Position numbers and translations under genes: made by a program. The notes below the pieces were generated by a model. It had not been told where the DNA came from and did no database searches. It saw only the letters and a program-made list of their open reading frames with translations. Shown one piece after another: positions 1-17,489 of a stretch of DNA of 64,000 nt (position 1 is the first letter of the stretch; each line of letters opens with the position of its first letter). Source of the DNA: Eledone cirrhosa. Its lineage: Eukaryota. The stretch is from assembly GCA_964016885.1 (NCBI GenBank), contig OZ024742.1, positions 116,870,001 through 116,934,000 of the forward strand. The letters run 5' to 3'.

Positions 1-3636
<3,636 letters not shown>

Positions 3637-3811
3637 AGTAGTAGTAGATCAAACTCATTTCTATCCTGTTGATTCCTCATAATCATTCTCTCCTTTATCC
3701 ATCACCAAACTTTAGTAGACAAATTCTTTGATGTCATCAAAGATGATTCTTTGAAATGTTCAATGATTGCTATCACCATCATCATCAGTACATCATTCAA
3801 CATTCTCATCA

Positions 3812-3855
3812 ACATCATCACTTTAATGTCCGTTTTCCCTGCTAGCAAGGGTTGT
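3812..3855 (-). mobile_element. RTE-type 3' tail remnant
   Basis: Reverse complement of cccttgctagcagggaaaacggacattaaa + (ATG)n, matching the RTE 3' end at 37955-38020. Confidence 0.75.
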
Positions 3856-4167
3856 TATTTGATATCAGAACAAAATTACTAATGAGTCTTTGCTTCATTC
3901 CTTGCTGCTTTGAGATTCATGCTATATTTGGCAATTTATATGTATCCTGTTTTACAAAATCAATTGATTTTATGCTCAGGATCTGGAACCCTTTTATCAC
4001 CATATTTCTAAAGAAAGACTTTAACTATGTTTTTTAATAACTCAAAATGATTAACCATTTGTAGGGATTTAGTAGTATGATTTTATTATTTTTAAGTTAT
4101 TGTTTAGAACATAACATAATATTTCTGTTATAAAATTATAAAATTATGATAGAATGTTTATAATATT

Positions 4168-4196
4168 TACTAGACCACCCATGACCCATTGGGTCA
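4168..4196 (-). mobile_element. Helitron-like 3' terminus
   Basis: Minus strand reads gaccc-aat-gggtc hairpin, 9 nt, then CTAG-T. Confidence 0.5.
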
Positions 4197-4618
4197 CGTT
4201 CACTTCAAAATAGTTTTTAAAAATCATGTTCACTTAAAAATAATTTTTAAATAATTAGAATATAGAGACATGTATATAATGTGAAATGAAACTGGAAGGC
4301 CCATATATATATATATGTGTGTGTGTGTGTATGTACATAGATAAATGTGTGTGTGTATACCCACATATATATATATACACACATATGTGGTAAAATGAGG
4401 TATCCTAGTTGGATTGTTTATCGACATAGACGTGAGGGAAGGTCCCTCGTCTATTTACCATTTTTGTAAGTGAGAATTATAACAAGTGAGTGGATGTGTG
4501 CGTAAACACGACAATACGAGAGTTATATTTAACAATGTAAATAATGGTGATGTTTATTTTGCTTATATGTGTTTATTATATTACAAATGAAACATACCAA
4601 ATATATACGTGATCCAGT

Positions 4619-4833
4619 TGTAGTGAAGGGAGCGTATTACAATTACAAAGGTATTGTGGTGTTTGCTGTTCCGAGGGCTGTTTATCGTTTCGTGGTACAG
4701 AGGCTGTTTTCTGTGGCGTGTATACCGTCTGCTTTCCCGTGGCTGTCTCTCTGCTTACCTCAGTGTTCTCCTCAGGGGGAGACAACTAGGCCTGGTCCAT
4801 TATCCGCCAGGGGGCGTGAGGCGTCTTACTACA
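4619..4833 (-). mobile_element. Gypsy LTR (3' LTR, 215 bp)
   Basis: TGTAGT...ACTACA inverted termini; purine-rich ggcaggggata (PPT-like, 4835-4845) immediately upstream on the minus strand; lies downstream of the integrase fragment. Confidence 0.75.
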
Positions 4834-5040
4834 ATATCCCCTGCCAGATTTTCAAATCATCGAAAATCGATGTTATTACTCACACGTGGAGTAAGATGGT
4901 GAACAATGCAACAAGGGGGAGCTATTCGCTCTACCAATCATTAAATCCAGAATAAGGATTTGAAAATGTTTTAAAAACACAACATGCATGAAAACAAGGC
5001 AAAGAAAAAGCAGAAACACAGAGGCAAAAAAAAGGTGCAG

Positions 5041-5344
5041 CTAACATAGTCTAAATATAGACGGTGCTGCAAATTTTTGGGGCCAGTGGACCCTACGACC
5101 TGAACGGGTCGTGGTCTTGTAACGTGGCGATGGTGGTGGTGTAGGGACAGGCGATGATGGTGGTTCAGGAACAGGCGTTCGCTCAACAGGCAAATACGAA
5201 GGGGTTCGTGGATCAGGAACCACAGCGTCCGTGTCAAAGTGTGCCTGCTTAAGCGTGTCTATTGTAACTGTATCCCTGGACCCTTTAATATCTAAAGTGA
5301 AATGCTTAGCTGAGCGCGCTAAGACACGGTAAGGTCCAGTGTAA
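5041..5344 (-). pseudogene. Gypsy pol C-terminal fragment (integrase GPY/F module and tail)
   Basis: Translates YTGPYRVLARSAKHFTLDIKGSRDTVTIDTLKQAH...TTTRSGRRVHWP, typical of Ty3/Gypsy integrase ends. Confidence 0.85.
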
Positions 5345-5665
5345 TAGCCTGGAGGGCAATAATAAATAGTAGGGGGCTAAGAACAGAGCCCTGATGAACA
5401 CCAACTTTTACACTAAACTCTTCACTATATTCGTTGTTAATTCTAACCTTGCTGACTGTTTCTTTATACATGGCTTGTATAGCTCTCACAAGCCATTCAT
5501 CAACACCTAGTTTTCTAAGAGCCCACCAGATAATGGAACGGGGGACTCTGTCGAAGGCCTTCTCCAAGTCGACGAAAGCTAAGTATAGGGGTTTACTTTT
5601 AGCTAGGTACTTCTCCTGTAGTTGTCGTACAATGAAAAGAGCGTCTGTGGTACTTTTTCCTGACA
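5345..5665 (-). mobile_element. RTE LINE internal RT fragment (family A)
   Basis: FVDLEKAFDRVPR...GVHQGSVLSPLLF; nearly identical to 15645-15965. Confidence 0.95.
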
Positions 5666-5884
5666 ATTCGCTCTCAACAGTGTTTCAAAATTAAAATGGT
5701 GGATGTTGGTGGTGGTGGCCAGTCTTCCTTTAGTATACTTATCATCAAAGATATTCCAGTATTGACCACCCTATTTTTTTGTATTTGACAGTCGATCAAA
5801 TTTCGTCAAATTGCACCGACGAAAGAATGTTTCCATTGGTCTTTCGAATTGCTAATACTATCTAATAGTCGCAAAGGCAGGTAG

Positions 5885-6000
5885 AAGGAGCAACATGAAA
5901 TAAAGTGTCTTGCTCCAGGACATAACACATCACCCAGTCCGAAAATCGAACTCACAACCTCATGATTGCGAATCCAATTCTCTAACCATTCAGCAACTCA
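5885..6000 (-). mobile_element. tRNA-derived SINE head (same family as 44525-44872)
   Basis: B-box gagttcgattt and cctggagcaagacactttattt on the minus strand. Confidence 0.75.
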
Positions 6001-6054
6001 TCATCACATATATATAGGTCCACATTGTCTAATGTTTCCTTCTAATCTTAAAAT

Positions 6055-6510
6055 GGTAGGGAGTGATTTCATGCAATTTAGCTACTATTTCTAGCAAGTC
6101 AATCAACTACATATAGGTTCCCTTAAATGAGAGATAATGATGTCTTCTCAGGAAATTAACCTAGTATTAGAAGTTATTCTAGCATTGAATTTCCTCTTTT
6201 TTTAATGTTATGTTAGACTACATCATCTAAATTGCCCTTTCCCTAGTTATGACAATAGAGTATAATTTGATAGAAATTTGGCTGCTGTTTTTAGCAGGTT
6301 GAGTGACCATACAGAAGTTCTCTTTGTTGCTATTGTTAATGTCAGTGGTCAGACGTTATTTAGAAAATCTGATAAACGATGTTCCAGCCTTGACCTCCTC
6401 TCCCTCAACCCAGACAACTTATTGAGACAACATCATCTAAAGTGTCCTATTTTCAAAGATTGTAGGGTATGATCCAAGGAAAATTTTGTTGATATTTCTA
6501 GCAGGTTGAA
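6055..6510 (+). repeat. Three degenerate copies of an unclassified interspersed repeat module
   Basis: atttggctgctatttctagcaggttga-like motif at ~6075, ~6276 and ~6483. Confidence 0.5.
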
Positions 6511-9310
6511 CTCAAATCGTTTATTAACACAAAATCAAATGGTGCAATTCTTTCATAATTCTATCTCTATATGCAGTTTCTATTTTATTTTCAATACTAT
6601 TGAAAATAGATATTATCACGCTAAAAATCAACACAATGATGGGGTAGCCACCATGAGATCATTCAACATGTTAAATGCATCAGTTAAACCTCACTTGAAT
6701 CATGTCTCATCATCTTAAAAAATTGGAGTATGTATTGTATTATCTGGTCTGGAGAACACCGTCTGAAAAAGAAATTAGAAGGGGTGGTAATCGCTGGAAA
6801 ATTTATATTATAAGATTGCTTGATTTTGGCTGAACTTGGATTAAAAAATAGCAACTAATAGTAAGTTTAGTTAAACAGTTTTTGGTTTTTTTTGTCACTG
6901 TTGATGACTTATGATCTTCCTTTATCTCATCACCATATTAATTTTATACCTTCCTTACATGCTGCCATGGGTTGGATGGAATGTCATTGACTGTGTCCTT
7001 TATTCAAAGTTACTACCCTCATAGACCATATCTCATTCCTTTCATCATTGTCATTAATTAATGTCTATTTTCCATGCTTGCATGGGTTATATAGGGAAGG
7101 TGTATCATCATCATAATCTAATGTCTATTTATCCCTGCAAGCAAGGATTGGATGGGTTGTCACTCACTGAGTCAGTACTCAAGTGGATTTACTGAACTCT
7201 CAGATGGAAATAGAGCCTCCATCACACTTATATTCCCATGCTCTACTCAATGAATTTTATTGTGGCACTAGCACTAGTGAGGTTGTTATTTCTTTCAATA
7301 TCTGAGAGTACACCCAACCCAATTGTTTGACAGGTTGTCTACAGCTCGATGCCCTTCCTATCACCAACCATTTTACAGAGTATACTGGGTACATTTATCA
7401 TATGGATAAATAAGACTAGGGAGATTGTCAAATCTTTGCAATTTTTATACTTATTTCTCGCGTTAATTTTATTGCAAAGTTATAACTTATTTATGTTGAA
7501 TCAATAACTATTTTTGATAAACTACTGAATCCTAATAACCACCACATGTGTTCCAATCAATATTTTTTGGTGATGTTTTATGATACATAGTGAAATACGT
7601 TCAGCTACTCCCTCGACATTTGTTTTATATTTACAGTCACATTTTCAAATGACATTGAAGAAATCTAAATCTAAATTAAATAAACAAAAGAAAAAGCAAT
7701 TTAATTATTTTGTGAACATAATTCATAATTATAATGAAGTTCATTGTCTATATGTTAAACTTAATTTTGAAAATAGTATCCAATGGGATCATTTGCATAT
7801 GGTTGCTTTTCACAAGACTCTCTGGAAGGCATGTTTGAAGACTGTACCTCTTAGTAATAAGTGGGCAAAGAAGTAAATAGTTTGAAGGTGTTTACTAAAA
7901 TAATTTCCATTAAGGCAAAGTTTAATATATGACTTAACAAAAGATTCTTATATGCAACTATGATGGAAGATCTTTATTTTTAATATTAACACTTTAAAAT
8001 GAGAGGTTGTGTTTCAAAGAACCAGAATTTGAACAAGTTAGTATTGAAAGAGTTAAAGTAGAACATTCTAATATTTATCGATAAATCTGATTAACAATCT
8101 TTTTTTTTTTTGGTTTGAAAATATAAATCTTCAGTTGATATCATTCATGTAAATACCTGCAAGTCATTTTCGTAAAAGAATTTTCATGTATGAAGAAATA
8201 TGATTGCAAAGTTCATAACAAATGTTATTCTTCATTGCATACTACAATACGAATAAATAGAAGTGATATGCCTCTCTTGTAAATTGTATGTCAGATGTAT
8301 GTCATATTATTAGGCAATATATGTTTTTATATGAATATAAAAACATCAAATAGTTGTATTAAATAGATTTCTCAAGTTAATGATAGACATTTTCTATAAA
8401 AGCAAATATACAGATATATTTTCATTATTGACATTCCATAAATCTATTGACTAATTGATCTTACTAACAATAAGTAAGATGCATTGATTGAGAGATGTGT
8501 TTTTGTGTTTTCATGTTTACTTTAATTTAAATTAATCGATTACTGATTACTTTTACAAAAAAAGACATTTAGAAATTTAAATCACAAAGGATTGTACAAT
8601 GTTGGTGATATAAAAATTACAATGATATATCTATAACTAAGTCATACTTAAAGGCTTAATCAATCCATTTTATTATTATTATCCGATTTGCAAATTATAC
8701 TCAATTCATTCCACTCTAGTCAACTACTATAATGATTTATTTCAGTCACTGAGCATCATGGTCAAATTTTATTACACTGTAAACTCTATAGAGCTTGGCA
8801 ATTCTACTTCATGTAGTTCTTGTAAATCAATACATCTGAGTAGTTTTGCTATTATCATCAATCTTGTTGTTCAAAATCGAACCTGTCTTATTAATGGTGA
8901 ACAGGTATGGTCATCTTTTGTTAGGTTCATCTTTCTGTCACTACTCTGTTTTAGTTACAGCTTCAGGTCAAGTAAAGAGAGTGGGTACCTAGCATGTTGT
9001 AGGTACTCATATTCCTCTACCAATAGAAAGTCCATGTTAGTTCTTGGTGGTCATAAGCAACAACATTCTTGAAGAAACTATAGATGTTAACCAGAAGGAA
9101 CTGACTAGTTTGTTCCAGAGGACTTTCTGCTCTGGTACTATGGATAATTTCCTGAAAAGTCTATCTTGGCAGTGCTAGTAGAGACAGTTTGAGTCAATTT
9201 CTATAGGCATGGAAGTGCTGTCAGATGGACCTATCTGAAACATGCCCATTCATTGAAAACTAATCCTATACCTCTGCATAATTACCATGATCTACTTTTT
9301 ACTCAACATA

Positions 9311-9855
9311 TACGAGGTGGTATCAAACGTTTTTGGATTAGTTCTGTAGCATACCAACAGATACGAACACAAAGTTGCACACATAGTGAGAGCTAGCAGT
9401 GACCTTGATGTGCCAGTGTGCTGAGTGACATCACTGTGTTCACTGCACAAGTTGATAAATTTGTATTTTTGTGATCATGTAGCTTGCGATTTTCTTATGA
9501 ACTGGAAGTTGGAACAAAGAGCCAATGCAAAATTTTGCGTTCAAGTTGGGAAGTCTGCTAGAGAGACATTAAGCATGCTTTGGCAAGCTTACGGGGATGA
9601 GGCAACAGTTTATATACAATTTTTCTTGTTGCACGAGTGCTTCAAAAGTGGAAGAACATCCCTGGAGGATGCTGAGTGAGGGGAAGACCTGCCATGAGCA
9701 TCACCCCCGGAAATGTGGAGAATATTAATCAAGAGTACTACTGCAACGCTTTAAGGTGCTTGAAGGAATTTGTTTGGTGAAAGCAACGAGATCTGTAGAG
9801 CACAAATAATTGGATTCTCCACGATGACAATGCACCCTGTCACCAAGCACTCCGC
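9311..9855 (+). mobile_element. Mariner transposon fragment, internally deleted
   Basis: TA-cgaggtggtatcaaa terminus; EQRANAKFCVQVGKSARETLSMLWQAYGDEA and WILHDDNAPCH transposase motifs. Confidence 0.85.
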
Positions 9856-10377
9856 TATCTGAAATAGCAGGCAGACTAACGGAAAGGGTAGACTTTGTAT
9901 GAAGCAGATGTACAGGATTAGCTGGTTGTAAGGACTTAAAGATAGGGTTGATAGCTTTGGCTAGCTAGATGATCTAAATAGCAGTGGAGAGGGTTTCACT
10001 GAGTGCATAATAGCTAGAATAAGAACAGGTTGAGAAAAGTTCAGGCAACTACCATCCCTGTTGACAACAAAAGGTTTCTCTCTACAAAAGAAAGCTGTAT
10101 GGCACCTATGTGTGATGTGAGGAGCTGAGAGAGATGCTGAGTATAAGGGGAAGTGGATGTAGCATGCAAAAGAGATGACTGTACTGATTCAGGTATATAA
10201 TGCATCTGGATGACGATTGTTGCATGAAGTAGTGCCAAGAATTCCCAGTGGAAGGAATCTGCTGAAGAGTGATTCCAAAGAAGACAAGGACTACTGCAAG
10301 TGGACGAATTCTATGCTGGAAAAGATCCATCCAACATTGCTAGCTTGGAAAAGCAGACTTAAAACTATGATGATGAT
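9856..10377 (+). mobile_element. Degenerate RTE LINE 3' part
   Basis: Decayed VDSF.YL / ARIRTG..KF motifs and (ATG)n tail. Confidence 0.8.
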
Positions 10378-10478
10378 ATATGTGTCTTTATGTATATATG
10401 TAGATAGATAGATATTAATGTAGGTATGTAAATGCATATATGTTTATGTATACATATGTATGTTTGTATATGTAAGTA

Positions 10479-10555
<77 letters not shown>

Positions 10556-10876
10556 TAATTTAGTCTACTTTGATATTCCAGTTAAAAGGATAAACTCCCT
10601 ATTTTAATAAAATGATAGCTTTTACATTTATCATGATTTTTCATCTAAGTTAATGCAACACAAGATCATGCTGCATCATACTTAATTATCTTTTCAAGTT
10701 TATTTACTACATTCTTTTGAGCTTCTATGGAATTGCTAATATGTTTTCTAAATATAGAATAATATTTATTTAAGTCGTTGAATTGAACACAAGTTACCTT
10801 ATCGGATGTTTTCTTGAAATATATAAGAAGTATATATGGCAGGAACACAAGCCAGTATTTTCAACATGTTGAATGA

Positions 10877-11260
10877 ATCATCATCATCACTGTTTAATAT
10901 CTATTTTCCATACTTGAATAGATTCAAAAGTTGTTGCATGCTGTGGCCAAACTAATAAGGCAACTAGTTCCTGTTAGTATGTTTTGTTTTAACTTAGTTT
11001 CTACAGCTGGATGCCTTTCCTACTGCCAACCCCTTTAGAGCATCTCCCAGGAACAGTGTTTCTACAGCTGGATGCCTTTACTAATGTTAACCACCTTACA
11101 GCATGTACTAGGAGCATTTTATCGTAATTCCATCATTATCATTACACATGGTCTAATGGTTGATTTTCATCATGGCACCAGCACTACCACCTTAATGGGT
11201 GAACTGGGTGCTTGCCATTGTGATACCAGCACTAAGATGCTCAGTGCCTTTGATCTTTCT
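10877..11260 (-). mobile_element. Degenerate RTE-tailed SINE / bipartite RTE derivative
   Basis: (CAT)n tail and two tttctacagctggatgcct motifs. Confidence 0.6.
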
Positions 11261-11799
11261 AGGAAGGTATTAGTGGGGGTTTGAGCTGGGGTACAGACAT
11301 CACATTGTCATAGGATGATGGAGGCAGTTTTGAACCAACTGGATTGTGTGTGATTGTGGTGTGCCTGACTTTCCTTGATGAATTAAAATGGAGATTTATA
11401 TCCTACTTGTGGTGGAGAGTAGGGCACCTCATCATTGGTGTGGCATTGGAGCTGGTAGGTGGGTAGTGTCTCTCATTTTGGAGTGTGCCTAATTTTCTTG
11501 TGTTGGGAACATGTTGGAGAGGTATGGGTTCAGAAGGAAAGGTGAATCAAAGGTTCAGCTGAGCTTTCCATGCTAGCATTAGTTGGGCAATGGGTCAGGA
11601 ATTAGCAGGTGAGGACCTGAGTTGTTGTCTCTCTGCTTCTTCTGGTTTTTGGTGGTGATAAGAAATCAGGGGTATGCTGGGAGAGATTTCAGGTGTATGC
11701 AGTACATGGGTGGTGGGACCTGAGTGTTGAACTACATCCTTGCTTCTTCAAGTTAGATTAGCTATCTTTCTTATTCTGTTTCATTCCAGTTGCATGGAA

Positions 11800-12030
11800 C
11801 GGTGAATGGCCAGTTTTCTTGATCCTGGGTCCTATTTTTTATTTTAGCTCCAGCTGCATGAAGTCTGTCTTCACCACATCGTCCCACTTTTTCTCTTTGA
11901 CATCAAGCCCCCTGCACTTCTTTATGCAGCTGTCTTCTTTCATAAGCATTATATCCCCATACCATCTAGTCTCCTTTCTTTCACACTGCACATGATGCCT
12001 ATTAACACACATCCATCTGAGCATGCTCAC
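11800..12030 (-). mobile_element. Degenerate RTE C-terminal fragment
   Basis: SMLRWMC...RWYGDIM...DSCIKKCR. Confidence 0.75.
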
Positions 12031-12098
12031 CTCTACACACAGATGTATATATCTACCTATCTATATATATAGATCAATAGATCTATATATATAGATAG

Positions 12099-12187
12099 AT
12101 CCCAAATTAAATCAGGGGTAACCACAGTTAACAAGGCACTCATACAAATGAAACAGCTCATGTCCTGTAGAAGTCCGTTCTATATTA
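12099..12187. mobile_element. Deleted relative of the palindromic hammerhead element
   Basis: Left part matches 29540-29585 and right part (aatgaaacag...tcctgtagaag...ctatatta) matches 29686-29726; the centre is missing. Confidence 0.65.
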
Positions 12188-12449
12188 AATATAGAAATAT
12201 ATCTTACGTAACCTGGCCACTGAAATGTGCATAGTGTTTGCATAAATAAATAATTAAGGAAATTCAACCTTTTTGGCCTCCTGTCATTTTACTTTATAAT
12301 ATATTTGACTCTGTTCCTACACCACCAACATGATTCAAGATCAAAGATGGGTCAGTTGCATAACGTTGAGTGCTTTTCTCATATTACATCATTATTAATA
12401 TTGAAAAATAACCAATTCTACCCAGTGGTAAACCACCTAATTTTAAACG

Positions 12450-12548
<99 letters not shown>

Positions 12549-12949
12549 GTAATCATCATTGTTTAATGTCCATTTTCCACACTTGCATGAGTTAGATGGG
12601 TTATCATGTTATGAGACAAATCAGGTATAGAGACCATGTTTATGGAGTATGTGTATATAAAGAGATGGGCAATTATTTATAAAATAGGGGTTGGAATTTA
12701 TGAATAAAAAATAATTTTCTATGTGAGAAAAATTAGTTGTGGGTAGAACATTGACCTGGCATTAGTCAAATAATTTAATCATATTCTCGTGAGGGATATC
12801 CCAGCCTTTTTTGTATCATCACCCATTTCCACATAGAAACATTTTCCATCACCTACCTGTATAGTAAATATTCAAAAGTTTTTCAAAAATATTTGGTAAA
12901 AGTATATTACTGGTTTGCAAACTGACATCTTATAATGTAGTAAAAAAGA

Positions 12950-14228
12950 CTAAGTGGGGTAACAAATAATGCTGATTTATGCTGATTTAAATTACAAACG
13001 AAAGTAAACTTAACAATTTAAAACTGTATTGCATCAAATTTAATTGAAAAGGATATAATTTAGTTTTATGGTCAAGGTTAGGGCTAGCGAATATGTCACT
13101 AAGAAAAAATATCACATTTTAAAGTTATCAGAGAAGTGGATAGTGGAGTATTTTTAAAAAAAAATTTGTGTCAAACATTTTATGTATTACTGTTGACAGA
13201 ACTTCTTCAATATTAGGTCGAAGTAATGTTTCTTCTATAGTGTGGGAATTACTGGACATTGTGACCAGTGATGCTATGTTGTATAAGGCAATCATTCCAT
13301 TATCTTGCTTTCTGAAATTCTGAGATCAATGTTCTCTGCTTTTCAAATGAGATCTTAAGTTGTAAGAAATATAACTAAGCTTTTTCCTTCTGGTCAACAT
13401 GATTAGAATATAAATGATACTTTAAGATTTCATGTCTTTGTTGCTTAGTGTTTGGATGCCCATAAGACAGAGAGGTAATTGACTGCTGTGAGGAGAAATG
13501 ATAAACTCTTAAGGTGAATAATCAATGCTGTACTGATGACAAATTTCTCTTAAATGGAGATATTTGGATGTTTAAAAATTGTACAATGCTAAGAGAAAAT
13601 AGTAGGAACAATAGATTACAAAATTTTCGTTTACCAAGTTATATTGGTATTGGAAGTCCATTTTCAATAATCCAGAAATATAAGAATAGGAGAGTGTTGC
13701 AAACACATGGCAATCAATATAATCCATCTTACAATTCTCACATTTTATCTGGCATTGTCATCCACTCCACCTTGTCCTATCGTCAGATTTCTTTGTGGTC
13801 AATGCCTGTGTTAATTTTAAGTGTGTTCTCTCTCGGTGCTGGTAGCACAGGAAAGTTTATCTTGAAGACACTCCTTAATTTTACTAGCAAAGATGTTTTT
13901 GCTCTTCCCTATCTGATTTATATCCACCCAAAAATGTTATTTCATCTAAACTATTTGAATCTTAAAGACCCTTCTTAAAACTATAGAAAATACCTATATA
14001 TTCCTTGTTTGCAGGGATGTTTAATAGTTATTTCCATTTAACAACCTGTTTTTTTATACATATTCTTTGCATATCTCCTTTGAATTCCTTTTTCGGGTAG
14101 CATTTATTGTTATCTTTCTTAATACTCAACATCCTATGTTGTCCACCAAAATTTCCACTCACTCACCATTTTCTGTTTGGTTGCTCATCCAAAAGATGAA
14201 ATCGCCCAGGTTTGGAAACCTCTGTCTA
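12950..14228 (-). mobile_element. Degenerate hAT (Charlie/Buster-like) DNA transposon
   Basis: cagaggtttccaaacc TIR-like start at ~14225; decayed SHTIEETLLRPNIEEVLSTV...PLS transposase-like peptide near 13140-13250; boundaries approximate. Confidence 0.45.
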
Positions 14229-15151
14229 GCATGACAGGTTATGTTAGAAAATGTGTTTGTGGTATCTAGTTAGATTAAATGAAGTGGGATGTCATGTGTA
14301 TGTGTGGATGTGTTTTGTGTGTGTTTTGTGTGTCTCTGTGTGTGTAAAGGTGAAACTTCTTGATATTTAATTGATATAAAAAGTGATTGGTTATATATGA
14401 AAGCTTAGGAATTTAACTATGGAATAGTTTAGGAATGAGTAACTAAATTATTTCTAAAATTTTCTTATTGCTGGTATTTGCAAATGATACAAGAATATTA
14501 ATATGTACTTGGTGTTGTTCATTTAAAACAATTTGGTTTAAAGTTATTAGCCAGTGCTTGTGAATATGTATGATTGTGTTTTAATTCTTGAGTGGGGCTG
14601 GGTAGAAGAATTTGTGTGTGTTTTTTGTTTTTTTTTAAAGGTTAATGGGTGTTTTAAAATTTGTTAAATATATACACACACACGTATATATATGATGCTG
14701 GTGATGATGACATATATATATATAGTTGTAGGGCTGCAAGGTAATAAATGTGATATGATGCAACACTGAATCCTCATTCTTTATAGTAATTATACATATG
14801 TATATATATATATAGTGTAAATAATCAAATATAAGTTGCCTTTAGCTCTTAGACATTAGAATCCATATATGGGGGACCATGGTAGTATTTTACGGGCCCA
14901 TGCAAAAATTTGCTTTCAAGGAAAATATCTGAAGTCTTAGAGAAAGAATAAACATTAAAAAAAAATTAAACAATTAAGGAAAGCATTTGATCAAATAATT
15001 CCCAAGGAAATTAATTGAAATCAAAATATATAATAGGGTGGACCGCCAGAATCAGTGGTGATAGAATGTAACTAAATCTATATGCATATTCAGGCATACA
15101 TACATACATAGACACACATGAATATATATATATATTTATATATATATATAT

Positions 15152-17346
15152 GTGTGTGTACTTAATGATGACGGCGTACTTGCCATCACCGACGCTGATA
15201 AAAAGGTAGCTTGGAAGTGTCACTATGAAAGGCTACTAAATGAGGAGAATAAATGGGAGAAAGACAGTCTCCCCCATATCGACCCAATAGAGGGACCAGC
15301 AGTGTTAGTCGAGGGGAGTATAATAAGTAAGGCAATGAAGGATATGAAGACGGGTAAGGCGGGTGGGCCTTCGGAGATAGTTGCTGAGATGCTGAAGGCA
15401 TCTGGCACGGTGGGACACACCATGGTCACCCGCATAGTTAACCAAGTCGTACAGAATGGGGTTGTTCCGAAGGACTGGCATAGCAGCATCATCGTTAACT
15501 GTTATAAGGGTAAAGGAGACGCCCTAGATAGGAGTAACTATAGAGGCATTAAATTAATCGACCAGGTCATGAAGGTCATGGAAAAAGTAATAGCGCAACT
15601 AATCAGAGAGAGAATTCACCTAGATGAAATGCAGTTCGGGTTTGTGTCAGGCAAAAGTACCACAGACGCTCTTTTCATTGTACGACAACTACAAGAGAAG
15701 TACCTAGCTAAAGGTAAACCCCTCTACTTAGCTTTTGTCGACTTGGAGAAAGCCTTCGACAGAGTCCCCCGCTCCATTATCTGGTGGGCTCTTAGAAAAC
15801 TAGGCGTTGACGAATGGCTTGTGAGAGCTATACAAGCCATGTATAAAGAAACAGTCAGCAAGGTTAGAATTAACAACGAATATAGTGAAGAGTTTAGCGT
15901 AAAAGTTGGCGTCCATCAGGGCTCTGTTCTCAGCCCCCTACTATTTATTATTGCCCTTCAGGCTATAACAGAGGAGTTCAAGACCGGCTGCCCATGGGAA
16001 CTCCTATACGCAGACGACCTGACACTTATAGCTGAATCAATGGCCGAGCTAGAGAAGAAATTCCAAACATGGAAGCACGGCCTAGAATCAAAAGGCCTTA
16101 AAATTAACCTGGCTAAGACTAAAGTTCTAGTTTGTAGGAAATAAAATAAGGCGGCGGTCCCTTCCGGGAAATGGCCATGCTCAGTGTGTAGGAAAGGCGT
16201 AGGTAGAAACTCCAAATGCAAAGTATGGCTGCATAAAAGATGTAGTGGGATCACAGGTAAGCTAACTAAGAACATAGATTTTACATGTGGCCGGTGCTCT
16301 GGTGCAATAAGTAGCAGTGAGTGCCCACAAAATACTAACTCTTTCAATTGCGCAGAGGACTCTATAGAAATAGTGGACAGCTTCCGTTACCTGGGTGACA
16401 AAATCAGCAGTGGGGGAGGGTGCTCCGAAAGTACTGTAGCTAGAGTCAGAACTGGATGGAAAAAGTTCAGAGAGCTTATACCACTATTAGCCGCTAAAGG
16501 GTTCTCCCTAAAAATGAAAGGCAGGTTGTATGATGCCTGCATACGAACAGCAATGTTGCATGGCAGTGAGACCTGGGCATTGTGCACAGAGGATATACGC
16601 AGACTAGAGAGGAACGAAGCTTGCATGCTCCGCTGGATGTGTAATAGTAATATACGTGAACGGCAAAGCATAAACGAACTAAGGAAAAAATTAGAAATAA
16701 GAGGGATCAGATGTTGTTTACTCGAGAGAAGGCTACGTTGGTACGGACACGTGATGCGCATGAAAGTCGATAGCAGTATAACAAAGTGCAGGGCAATAAA
16801 GATAGACGGTAGACACGGAATAGGCAGACCTAGAAAATCCTGGGACGAGCTGATAAACTCCGACCTCACACACTTACACCTCTCCAAGACAATGTCACTG
16901 GACCGAGACCTTTGGCGGTACTCAGTAATAGAGAAGACCCGCCTTACCTAAATACATAGTAAAACCTACTACAGCCAGTAGGCATCTCTAACAAAATACA
17001 CCCCCGTCCCACCACCCACACCCCCATCCACACCACCCCCTTCTATGTAAAGTTATGTTGGTGCCACGCCATCCAGGCCGAAACAAATGAGATCGTGTAG
17101 GTGTCACGACAAAAAACACACAGTCCACGCTGTAATGTGGCCGTGTAGGCAACACGGTAAAAACCTCCCAGTCCCACACTGTAAATGTGGTTGGTGTTAG
17201 GAAGGGCATCCAACTGTAGAAAACCTGCCAGACAGTCCTATGCGAGCAAGACAATCACTCTTGCCTCAAGTGGGAATACCCCCGTCCAAACCCATGCAAG
17301 CGTGGATCACGGACGTTAAACGTTGATGATGATGATGATGATGATG
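15152..17346 (+). mobile_element. 5'-truncated RTE LINE (family A): RT, PHD-like finger, C-terminus, long 3' UTR, (ATG)n tail
   Basis: ORFs 15152-16144 (LLYADDL) and 16184-16951 are in one frame split by a TAA at 16142; 12-nt in-frame deletion relative to the 52.4 kb copy. Confidence 0.97.
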
Positions 17347-17489
17347 TATGTATATAAATAAATAAATATATATATATATATATATATAAGCACACACACA
17401 AGACGACTGTCTCCTGTTCATTTTTCCTGGGGAATTTGGCTGTCACGGGGTAGAGGTTCTATGTACCCTTCAGTACATAGAAACTCTAA

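Noticed and set aside
8461-8480. Perfect TACTAAC branch motif (another at ~38846)
   Set aside because: No polypyrimidine tract and AG at a suitable distance
13514-13978. 154-aa plus-strand ORF
   Set aside because: No recognisable domain; lies antisense within the degenerate hAT-like region
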